Positions 8,582-17,050 of a stretch of DNA of 24,672 nt are shown here, in pieces (positions within the stretch are counted from its first letter, which is position 1; every line of letters begins with the position of its first letter). The translations under genes were made by a program, and so were the position numbers. The stretch is from Candidatus Helarchaeota archaeon. GTDB taxonomy: Archaea; Asgardarchaeota; Lokiarchaeia; Helarchaeales; RDOG01. Under the pieces are notes generated by a model that made no database searches, was not told the origin of the DNA, and saw only the letters and a program-made list of their open reading frames with translations. The DNA lies in NCBI GenBank assembly GCA_029838215.1, contig JALGVI010000060.1:1-24672 (forward strand). Direction: 5' to 3'.

Positions 8582-11500
8582 GTGAAAATGGACGTTAAAA
8601 AGCTACGCATTCTTGGATTGAGTGAAAAAGAAGCCCAAGTATTGTATTTATTTCTCATGAATGTTGGAAAATCCATAGAAAAGAAAATATTAGTGAAGAG
8701 CTCCGATATTGGAGAAAATTATTTTGGGCAGATTCTTACTAAACTAGTCAGAGAGGGATTAATCCGAGCTGAAGGCAATAAACCTCGAAAATATAAATTC
8801 GAAGTGAGTTATCTTCAAAACTTTTTCGATCAGTTAATAGAAAATCATCATAAGACGCTTTCTGCAATAAATGATGCCCAAGATGAAACCATGCTTTTCA
8901 ATTATTTACCATTAAGTGATGAACATGTTTTTATCTTAAAGAGAATGATAAATTTGAAAAATAAGAAAAAAGGTTTTATTACTCTCCAAGAGATCGGAAA
9001 AAATGGAATGCCCGAATTCAAAGTTAGGAGAATTCTGAACGATCTAGTCAGTCGGAATTTTCTAATAAAGAAGAAGATAAAAAATCGCAATTATTTTTCC
9101 GTTGAGGATTTTTTCACGTTAAAAAACATGCAAAGAAAAAAGCTCGAACTCGAATTTTCAAACCAAGAGCAAATGATCGAAGAAATCATTCTTGAGGTAA
9201 TGAAAGAACAAAAATCAAGAGATCGAATAAAGAAAGACTGGGAACGTTTTCCAATAATCTATCGACTGAAAGAATTGACGAGAATATTGCCCCGTGAAAT
9301 ACGAAATGCCAAGAAACTTCTTGTAAAATTTAATATCGATTTTCTTCCCGATGATGTTAGGACAAGAATATATTTTGAATTGGGTTCATTATTGTTAGAC
9401 ACATATGAATTTAATAGAGACCTTGTCATTAATATCGTTCTTTATACAAGTCCTCCTTATGATTTTTTAATAGAAATGGACGAATTGACTCAAGAATTGT
9501 TTAAAAAATATGTAAAGGTTTTAAGACCCACTCAATTTGAAATCCGAGTTCAGAATGAGCCTGGACCGCATCCACTTTACGTTTTAATTGATGGAAAAAT
9601 AATTTTAATTCCTCTAGGAGATCGAATTGATCAATTCATGTTCCTTGAGGACAAGAGTTCCTTTAAATTATTTGAAGAAATATTTTATAAGGAATGGCAA
9701 AAATCGACTGATTTAAGAAAATATATTGCAGAGCTTCCCATTCCACCGGATTTTTTTTCATTACTCATAGACTCTCTTCGCGATTATCCTCCAATTGATA
9801 AAAAGCAAACCGATCTCCTATCACAAACACTTTCAACGATTAACGGTTTTAACCAAATGGAGAAGGTTTTAGTTAAAGAATTGCTCACGACGAAAGAGGT
9901 TTTAATAAAGATAGAATCTGCTGCAGGTGATGCCGCATCCACTTCTGACTTGGTCATCAGACTGGGGAACATTCTTCTTGCGATAATGAACAAGAATAAA
10001 GATATCAAAATAAAAATCGTGCAATATATCGAACCACCATATGAATACTTGGTTCGAATGGAAGAAAGAGCTCCTGAGGTTTTACGAAATATTATAAAAA
10101 CCATAAAGCCTGATCGGTTCGAGATTCGCATTCCAAATTCTCCCGGAACTTTTCCGTTTTACATAATTCTGGACTCAAGTACTACTATCTTTTCTTTGGG
10201 AGAAAATAGGGGCAAGATGTTAATAATTGAAGACCCTGCCACCTCAAGCTATGCTGAGCTTGCATTTCATAAAGAATGGGAAAATTCGATTGACGTGCGT
10301 GAATTGGTTGATGATCTTCCACTTCGAGGCGAGTTAAAAGATTTAGTTCATATTTCTCTAGCTCGGTATCCTCCAACAGCACTAAAAAAACTTCAAAAAT
10401 ATCAAGAGATCATGGGGCGTGCAAAATCCAAGCGCGTGTTCTTAGATCTTCTCAAAAATGTGCGATATAAGATTCAGCGCGTGGGCAATAATTTATTTGA
10501 TAACCGACTCGGACGAGATTATTATTATGACCTTCAGCAAATAATGATGGAAAAAGGAAGTGCGGTTAAATGGTATGGCCTTTTCCCTGAGAGTAGTGAT
10601 GATTTCTTCCGATGGAGTGAAAACATGAAAAATAGTAATTCGGACATACTTAATTTCGTGCTTGATTGGATTAAAACAAAGCGATTTCTACTGCGAACAT
10701 GTGAATACGTACTTGACTTGAACTTTTGTATTTTGGATGAGAGTCTTGTGGTTCTTTTCTATTATGATGATAAGAATAACCTATCAAAAATTGTTCTCGT
10801 TAACGAAGAAGAGATTGTTAAAAATTACCTGCATCTTTTCTCTGAATATTGGAAATCTAGCACTGATGCTCGAGAGTTATGGAGCATTAAATATCCTGAA
10901 TTAAAGAATCCCATCTTAAAATCTTACAAGTCTCTACCTTTCCAAATAACACTTCCTGAACATGGCGAAATTAGAATTTTTAAGAATAAGGATGGATATT
11001 TAGTTCAAGATCGGCTTGTCCGTGAAGCAAAAAAGCACATTTATACCATGCAAATCGTTCCAATGAAAGGGCACTTCTTTAGATTTGAGTATGATAACTC
11101 GGAATCACAAGTTCGTTATATCCAATCGCTCACGAATTTCTTGGAATTATACATGTCAATGAAGGCGATTCGGGAAGAAGAATTTACCATAAGAATCGTG
11201 CATTCATACTCTCCTGATTTCATATCATATTTAAAATTCATACCTACTAAAAGAGTAACTGCATTTTTTGAGAATCTATCAAAATTTTATCCTCAGGTTG
11301 ATTTGCGGTTTTTTCCTCCGAATAAATTTTCATTTCTAAACTTTACTTGTTATGACGATTACGTGACTCATCAGACTGGAGGATTTCAAAGTGCAATTCC
11401 CGGACGAATTCTTGTCATTCATGATGATCGAATTAGCGCGGCATATCAATCCTTGTTTTTCAATGGATGGGAAGAATCCATCGATTATAGAGTCTTGGCG

Positions 11501-11641
11501 GCGGCGGTTTTTAAAAATAATGCAAAAATCACCAAAATTATAAATAATCACATCGACGAATATCCCATTCAAGGGAAATACTCTAAAGAAGATTGTGAAT
11601 TTCTATTGAAAAATGGTGATCTCCCTCATCATAAACTCTAG
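8582..11641 (+). CDS. Giant TrmB-family regulator: two winged-HTH domains plus four tandem PLD-fold (TrmB sensor-like) repeats
   Basis: N-terminal LGLSEKEAQVLY...LVREGLI...GNKPRKY matches the TrmB HTH. A second wHTH spans aa ~110-175. Four ~190-205-aa repeats each end in W-x-x-S-[TI]-D-x-R. Start is GTG 8582 or ATG 8588. Confidence 0.87.
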   Translation: MKMDVKKLRILGLSEKEAQVLYLFLMNVGKSIEKKILVKSSDIGENYFGQILTKLVREGLIRAEGNKPRKYKFEVSYLQNFFDQLIENHHKTLSAINDAQDETMLFNYLPLSDEHVFILKRMINLKNKKKGFITLQEIGKNGMPEFKVRRILNDLVSRNFLIKKKIKNRNYFSVEDFFTLKNMQRKKLELEFSNQEQMIEEIILEVMKEQKSRDRIKKDWERFPIIYRLKELTRILPREIRNAKKLLVKFNIDFLPDDVRTRIYFELGSLLLDTYEFNRDLVINIVLYTSPPYDFLIEMDELTQELFKKYVKVLRPTQFEIRVQNEPGPHPLYVLIDGKIILIPLGDRIDQFMFLEDKSSFKLFEEIFYKEWQKSTDLRKYIAELPIPPDFFSLLIDSLRDYPPIDKKQTDLLSQTLSTINGFNQMEKVLVKELLTTKEVLIKIESAAGDAASTSDLVIRLGNILLAIMNKNKDIKIKIVQYIEPPYEYLVRMEERAPEVLRNIIKTIKPDRFEIRIPNSPGTFPFYIILDSSTTIFSLGENRGKMLIIEDPATSSYAELAFHKEWENSIDVRELVDDLPLRGELKDLVHISLARYPPTALKKLQKYQEIMGRAKSKRVFLDLLKNVRYKIQRVGNNLFDNRLGRDYYYDLQQIMMEKGSAVKWYGLFPESSDDFFRWSENMKNSNSDILNFVLDWIKTKRFLLRTCEYVLDLNFCILDESLVVLFYYDDKNNLSKIVLVNEEEIVKNYLHLFSEYWKSSTDARELWSIKYPELKNPILKSYKSLPFQITLPEHGEIRIFKNKDGYLVQDRLVREAKKHIYTMQIVPMKGHFFRFEYDNSESQVRYIQSLTNFLELYMSMKAIREEEFTIRIVHSYSPDFISYLKFIPTKRVTAFFENLSKFYPQVDLRFFPPNKFSFLNFTCYDDYVTHQTGGFQSAIPGRILVIHDDRISAAYQSLFFNGWEESIDYRVLAAAVFKNNAKITKIINNHIDEYPIQGKYSKEDCEFLLKNGDLPHHKL

Positions 11642-11753
11642 TAAAGTCAAGCTTTTTTTGAAGAAGATCTGCACAAATAATAAGTTATTAATCGATCTTA
11701 TTTCTAATAGGAACTCGTTGATTTTTTTACGTGATTCAGGTGCTTTACGTCGA

Positions 11754-13532
11754 GTGATAAAATTGGAAGATTTAGATGGGAAAATTACACCCAGAGATTA
11801 TCAAAGTAATGCTCGAGATCAGATTATCAATGCAATTGAAAATGAGAATAAGTTAGTTTCCCTCGTGCTCTTGCCTACAGGAATGGGTAAGACACTCGTG
11901 AGCACCATCACGATTGAAACATTGATCGAAGAAGGTCTAATATCTGATAACGATAAGGTACTGTTTTTGGTTCAAGATCGCAAGTTGAAGCACCAACTCT
12001 ATACAATGGCACGGGATTATGGGTTAGATCGTCACGGGCACCTTTTTCTTCTTGATGACAATAGAAGCATTCCTGCACGAATCACGCGGCAACATGCGGC
12101 ACTGGCGAAAATCATTTTTGCAACACCCGTTCTTCTCATGAATTCGTTGATAGCAAAACGACCGGGTCAAGAACGAATTGAACGAAAAACACTGCAGGAC
12201 ATTAAAGTCGTGGTAATCGATGAAATTTTGGACATTTTTGCACAGAGTTACGGGCAGAAGCGTGATCGTCAAGAAACAATCCAATACATTGAAAAACGTT
12301 TCAAAAAGAAATTATCTGAAATTATTGAAGACGTTAAAAAACAGTATCCTGAATTCGACTTGAATGAACGAAAAATAGAGGCTTATTTAATTAATGAATT
12401 TGCACCTAAAGAGTACCGCTTGAATAAAAAATTCGAACCGATTTTAAACTTGCTCAATTTATTGAACCCCGATAATCAAAAAATCGTGATTGGACTTACG
12501 GCATCGCTGTCACAAGATATTAAAATCGACTTGTTAGAGAAATATTTCGGGGGACCTACTCAAGTCGCAAAGATCTATCCTGAAGGCGATGATTTCGAGA
12601 ATTTCCGACCGGAAATTAAATTGAAAAAGATACGTGTTTTCGATGACTGGGTTTCTGAAGTCGATCATCGAATAAAGGAAATGAAAGGTGGCACACTAAA
12701 AATCATTAATTCGGCCTATACGTTATTAACTGGTAAGTCCCGCTTGCCGTCCGAACGCATCTTATTATTCACGAACGACGTGATCAATAACAAGAAATTG
12801 CAAAAAAAACTCGAAGAAAAGTTTTTGGAAAGGAATCCCAAGGGAGATGCCCAAGAATTCTTGAATCGCCTGATTACCCATGCAAGTGCATTTTTATTAT
12901 TGACCGTTGCCAGGCAAACGTTGCTGGAAAATACATTTCCATCATTCATTCGATTCATGCGAAACATCAAGAATGGATTTCTCACGAATAATTCCTCTTT
13001 CATAAAAATCCTTTCTCAAATCGATGACCGAGTGGCGGAACTGAAGAAGAAAGAGAAAAAACTCGGAAAAAAAGAAGAACGTCTCATTTTTTGGCTAGAA
13101 AAATTTGTTAAAGAAGGCAAGAAAGCATTGGTGTTATGCCGCTTCGTGAACATGACCAAATATCTCCACCAGATTGCCACGGAAATAGGAATTGTAAGCT
13201 CTTTTGTTCACGGTAAAATGGCAGGGAAAGTGCAACATGAGCAAATCATGAAGTTCAAGAAAGGAAATGCCCAGGTGCTTTTTGCGTCAGAACGTTTGAT
13301 TGAAAAGGGTACTGACTTGCCTGAAGCTGATGTTGCCGTTTATTACGGAACAACAGTTTCATTGGAAAGGTATGAACAGTCCTTGGGAAGAATCAGGAGC
13401 AATGTAAAAAACGTTAAGACTTCTTATACAATAAGCTATAATCAAACCGTAGAAGATGAAAAATCTCTAAAACGTGATGCCCTATTTCTCAAGATGATGG
13501 CAAAAGGAAAACTTCAAGTCCTTGAAGAATAA
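11754..13532 (+). CDS. Divergent SF2 helicase, Hef/FANCM/Mph1-like, without a C-terminal ERCC4 nuclease
   Basis: Q motif PRDYQ, motif I LPTGMGKT, FATP, motif II DEIL, motif III GLTAS, HGKM, motif V EKGTDLPEAD, motif VI QSLGRIRS. In-frame GTG 11754 with AGGTG about 11 nt upstream is preferred over track start 11613, which overlaps the previous gene. Confidence 0.87.
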   Translation: MIKLEDLDGKITPRDYQSNARDQIINAIENENKLVSLVLLPTGMGKTLVSTITIETLIEEGLISDNDKVLFLVQDRKLKHQLYTMARDYGLDRHGHLFLLDDNRSIPARITRQHAALAKIIFATPVLLMNSLIAKRPGQERIERKTLQDIKVVVIDEILDIFAQSYGQKRDRQETIQYIEKRFKKKLSEIIEDVKKQYPEFDLNERKIEAYLINEFAPKEYRLNKKFEPILNLLNLLNPDNQKIVIGLTASLSQDIKIDLLEKYFGGPTQVAKIYPEGDDFENFRPEIKLKKIRVFDDWVSEVDHRIKEMKGGTLKIINSAYTLLTGKSRLPSERILLFTNDVINNKKLQKKLEEKFLERNPKGDAQEFLNRLITHASAFLLLTVARQTLLENTFPSFIRFMRNIKNGFLTNNSSFIKILSQIDDRVAELKKKEKKLGKKEERLIFWLEKFVKEGKKALVLCRFVNMTKYLHQIATEIGIVSSFVHGKMAGKVQHEQIMKFKKGNAQVLFASERLIEKGTDLPEADVAVYYGTTVSLERYEQSLGRIRSNVKNVKTSYTISYNQTVEDEKSLKRDALFLKMMAKGKLQVLEE

Positions 13533-13542
13533 AAATTAGATA

Positions 13543-14274
13543 TTAAATTTTTGCGATGTAAGCACTGATCTCTTGTGGTAAGAGACTTTTAAATTCCGGT
13601 TCCTTCGTGCTGATGGTTGCAATCCCTACTTTTTGTTCGTTGAATTCTTCTGAGATCACTTCTTTAAGAAGCTTCAATCCAAGAATGATGGCTTCATTTA
13701 AAGTCATGCTAGGACTATAACCATTCTGTTCTTTTTGTAATTGCTCTGCTACTTGTTCTGCTCCCGCTCCAATGGCTTGGGCTTGATATCCTGAAAATGC
13801 TCCCGAAGGTGCGGTCATGAATAATTGAGGTCCCGATACATCAATGCCTGCAATCAAAAAAGCAACACCAAAAGGTCGGACACCAGCATTGTGCGTGTAA
13901 ACTTGTTTCAAATCACAAATCTTTTTCACGAGAATCTTGATATCGATCGCTTCATCATAACTCATGCGATTAATCTGGGCTTGAACCCGGGCATGATCTA
14001 TAAGAACCATTGCGTCTGCAGTCAAACCTGCAATGGTTGCTCCTACGTGCTTGTCAATCAAGAATATTTTTTGCACGGTTTCTGGGACCTGTAACTTTGA
14101 AATGCGTTTTTCGGCTAATAATACTACACCCTCATTGGTGCGAATGCCAATGGCGGTCGTTCCCTGTTCAATGGCTTTCGTAGCGTATTCAACTTGATAA
14201 AGCCTACCTGCAGGACTGAAAGTCGTGAGTCCCATATCGTAACCTGCTTCACCTGTTTCTCCGTTTCCAAACAA
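13543..14274 (-). CDS. psmA: 20S proteasome alpha subunit
   Basis: GYDMGLTTFSPAGRLYQVEYA signature, GTTAIG, KIFLIDKHVG, RPFGVAFLIAG, AIGAG. TTG start lies 6 nt after GGTGA (14285-14281). Confidence 0.97.
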   Translation of the reverse strand: MFGNGETGEAGYDMGLTTFSPAGRLYQVEYATKAIEQGTTAIGIRTNEGVVLLAEKRISKLQVPETVQKIFLIDKHVGATIAGLTADAMVLIDHARVQAQINRMSYDEAIDIKILVKKICDLKQVYTHNAGVRPFGVAFLIAGIDVSGPQLFMTAPSGAFSGYQAQAIGAGAEQVAEQLQKEQNGYSPSMTLNEAIILGLKLLKEVISEEFNEQKVGIATISTKEPEFKSLLPQEISAYIAKI

Positions 14275-14372
14275 GACCTTTCACCAATAATTCATTACTA
14301 AACGTCATCTATTCTAACATGTTAAAAGATATTACTAATATCCAATAAAAGACCATATAAAAAACTTTATTG

Positions 14373-15824
14373 TCATTTTTTTTGTCGGTTTTCGTGTAGA
14401 TTTATGTGGCCTACGACCATTTTTAAAGTCTTGATCGCTCGAATTGGCGTGGGGAAGCACGGGAGATGCTGTTGATGTAACATGTCCTGAAATGCTTGGT
14501 AACGTTGAAAATTTTCTGATGTTTCCCACGATTTTGGTATGATCACAATTATTTTCTTTCGATTTTTACCATCAATTCTCATTGCAGCTGCGTGCATCTT
14601 TCCAACATCTTCCACGCCTAGTTCTTTACTGAGATAACCAAACCGTTCAACTTCGCGAACGGTTATGATGACATCCGTGTTCGGATCATCATTTAGTATT
14701 TCAAAAACCTGCCTTGAAATTCTCGGATCAAAACCACTTGCCCCAAGATCCAGTGGATTGATTGTTATCGTATTCACGTCAGGAAGGACTGATTTTAATC
14801 GTTCTCGTGTATCCTGAGAAAACTCGGGGATGTTGAGATCGAATGATTCTGCTATGTCCGTGAGCTCGACTGAAAATCCTCCTCCTGTATTTACAATTGC
14901 TACATTTCTGCTCAGACCTTGAAGATCTTCTAACACAGAAAGCATGGTGAGAACATCACATAATTCTTCAAATGTTTCGACTTGAATTGCACCGGTCTGT
15001 TGCACCAAGCCGTGAAAAACCTCATTCGAACCTGATATTGATCCCGTATGACTGATAACTGCCTGTTCTCCTCTTTTTGTTCGTCCCGTCTTGAGGATAA
15101 CCACGGGTTTTTGAGCCGCGACTTTTTTTAACGTGGTTACGAATGCCTTGCCGTTCTTTACGCCTTCCAAATACATGGCAATGATGCGCGTTTTTGAGTC
15201 ATGCAGGAAGAATTCCATCAATTCTTGCACGGAAATATCCGTTTGATTGCCAAAAGAAATTCCTGCTCGCAGGTTAAAACCACGCGTGAATCCTGTCCAA
15301 ATAAACGTGCGCATTATTCCTCCGCTTTGCGACAAGAAAGTCACGGGACCTTCTTTTTCTGGAATCTGGTCCGAAAAATAACATATCTTACTCTCGGTTG
15401 AATAAACGCCTATGCAATTTGGTCCCAAAATTCTTGTTTTTGAGCCGCGGATTGTCCGTTGAATTTCTTCTTCGAGATTTACGTTTCCAATTTCGCCAAA
15501 ACCTGATGAAAAAATAACTAAAAACTTGACTCCCGCTCGGACGCACTTCTTCACTTCATCAACGGCGAATCGTGCTGGAACGGCTAAAAAAGCATAATCA
15601 ATGGGCATTTGCACGGCTTCGATATCCGAATATGCTTTCACGCCTAGAATTTCGTCCGCTCGTGGATTTATCGGAAAGATCTTGCCTTGATATCCGCTTT
15701 TTAGAAGTCCGACTATCAAGCGATTCGTTGCAGATCGAGGATTTCTTGATGCTCCGATGATTGCATAAGATTTTGGATTTATTAATGCTGAGAAATCCAT
15801 GGGAAGAAAAATAATTCTCGCCAT
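14373..15824 (-). CDS. acdA: Acetate/acyl-CoA ligase (ADP-forming), alpha-subunit family
   Basis: CoA-binding domain PKSYAIIGAS, ILGPNCIG, SQSGG, GNQTD, phospho-His motif SHTGS, NTGGG and NPLDL. No ATP-grasp domain. Confidence 0.9.
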   Translation of the reverse strand: MARIIFLPMDFSALINPKSYAIIGASRNPRSATNRLIVGLLKSGYQGKIFPINPRADEILGVKAYSDIEAVQMPIDYAFLAVPARFAVDEVKKCVRAGVKFLVIFSSGFGEIGNVNLEEEIQRTIRGSKTRILGPNCIGVYSTESKICYFSDQIPEKEGPVTFLSQSGGIMRTFIWTGFTRGFNLRAGISFGNQTDISVQELMEFFLHDSKTRIIAMYLEGVKNGKAFVTTLKKVAAQKPVVILKTGRTKRGEQAVISHTGSISGSNEVFHGLVQQTGAIQVETFEELCDVLTMLSVLEDLQGLSRNVAIVNTGGGFSVELTDIAESFDLNIPEFSQDTRERLKSVLPDVNTITINPLDLGASGFDPRISRQVFEILNDDPNTDVIITVREVERFGYLSKELGVEDVGKMHAAAMRIDGKNRKKIIVIIPKSWETSENFQRYQAFQDMLHQQHLPCFPTPIRAIKTLKMVVGHINLHENRQKK

Positions 15825-15895
15825 AAAAATTTATCTCCGTTCGTTTCATTTAGAAAATCGCCAAAATAATTAAATATTGGCTTCAAGAGTTTTTC

Positions 15896-16930
15896 ATGGT
15901 GAATGGAATGAAAGCTCTCATAACGGGAAGTAACGGATTTATCGGTAGTCATCTTGCGGCATTGTTAAAGAAAAAAGGATACTCTGTTAGATGTCTGGTG
16001 CGAAAAACCAGCAATCTTGACCTGTTAAAAGATCTCACCGATGATCTCGAAGGCATTGATCTATTTTATGGCGATGTTACTGATTCATCTTCTCTTGAAA
16101 ATGCCGTACAGGACGTTGATGTTGTTTTTCATCTGGCAGCCGTGCTTAATGCCATTGATCAGGAAGAATTTGATCGCGTGAATGTTGCCGGCACGAAGAA
16201 CCTGTATGAAGCAATTCTAAAGAGGAATCCTGACATGAAGCGGGTCGTTCTCGTTTCCTCCTTTGCTGCTGCAGGAGCGGCACGGTCTAAGGAGCGACCT
16301 GCTAGAGAAAGTGATCCACCAAAACCTGTAACTCGTTATGGTTTAAGTAAGCTTAAAGCGGAGATGCTTTCGAAAAAATATTCATCTCGCTTGCCAATTG
16401 TCATCGTGCGACCGCCAATGGTCTTTGGAGAAGGCGATCTTCCCTCATTAGATTTATTTCGGAGTGTAAAGTCAAACGTCAAACTCTATCAGAACACACC
16501 TGAAAAATACGTGTCCACAATAGATGCAAGCGAATTATCCGAAGCACTCATCCTATGTGCTGAAAATCAAAAAGCCATTGGCGAGACATTTTATTTTGCA
16601 TTTGACGAAATGGTTTCCTATACGGATTTCCATGAAATAATAGGGAATGTTGTTTTTAATAAGAGATATGGGAGCTTGATTCCTTTAAAATTACCTCTTT
16701 GGTTGTATTGGACTCTAGTTTGGCTTCTTGAGTGCTTGAGGAAACTCACTGGAAATATTCTTCTTCAGAATTTGGTGGTGGCAAACGGACGTGTTTATGA
16801 ATCTTTAGAGCCATATCAAATCGTTAGCACGGAAAAAGCCAAGCAGGTTCTGAAATGGCGACAAAAAGGATCACTGATTAAAGCCATAGAACGGACTGGA
16901 AAATGGTACGTCGAAAGAAAATGGCTATAA
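15896..16930 (+). CDS. NAD-dependent epimerase/dehydratase (extended SDR)
   Basis: TGSNGFIG, GDVTD, VFHLAA, NVAGT, VSS and catalytic YGLSK (YxxxK); hydrophobic segment LPLWLYWTLVWLL near the C-terminus. Confidence 0.92.
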   Translation: MVNGMKALITGSNGFIGSHLAALLKKKGYSVRCLVRKTSNLDLLKDLTDDLEGIDLFYGDVTDSSSLENAVQDVDVVFHLAAVLNAIDQEEFDRVNVAGTKNLYEAILKRNPDMKRVVLVSSFAAAGAARSKERPARESDPPKPVTRYGLSKLKAEMLSKKYSSRLPIVIVRPPMVFGEGDLPSLDLFRSVKSNVKLYQNTPEKYVSTIDASELSEALILCAENQKAIGETFYFAFDEMVSYTDFHEIIGNVVFNKRYGSLIPLKLPLWLYWTLVWLLECLRKLTGNILLQNLVVANGRVYESLEPYQIVSTEKAKQVLKWRQKGSLIKAIERTGKWYVERKWL

Positions 16931-17050
16931 TTGAGAAATAATCGAATTTGGATAAACTCCATTTAAATATTTCTTCAAAAATATTTTAAAAAATTGGAAA
17001 TCATTAATGAGTACGTAAAGCTTAAACAAATTTAAGAGAAAGTGGCATTT

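Noticed and set aside
9569-11356. Active phospholipase D-family nuclease or lipid synthase in the 1019-aa protein
   Set aside because: None of the four repeats has a complete HxKxxxxD: Lys is absent in all four and His is present only in repeat 1.
11613-11753. 47-codon N-terminal extension of the helicase overlapping the TrmB-like gene
   Set aside because: The helicase core begins at PRDYQ, and an in-frame GTG at 11754 has an upstream AGGTG. The longer start cannot be excluded but is unsupported.
14373-15824. AcdA alpha subunit with no adjacent beta (ATP-grasp) subunit
   Set aside because: Unlinked alpha paralogues sharing a distant beta subunit are common in archaea.
17001-17010. Palindrome TCATTAATGA upstream of the FGGY kinase, with partial TCATTAA matches in other spacers
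   Set aside because: Short and almost entirely A/T, so not distinguishable from background without an enrichment test.
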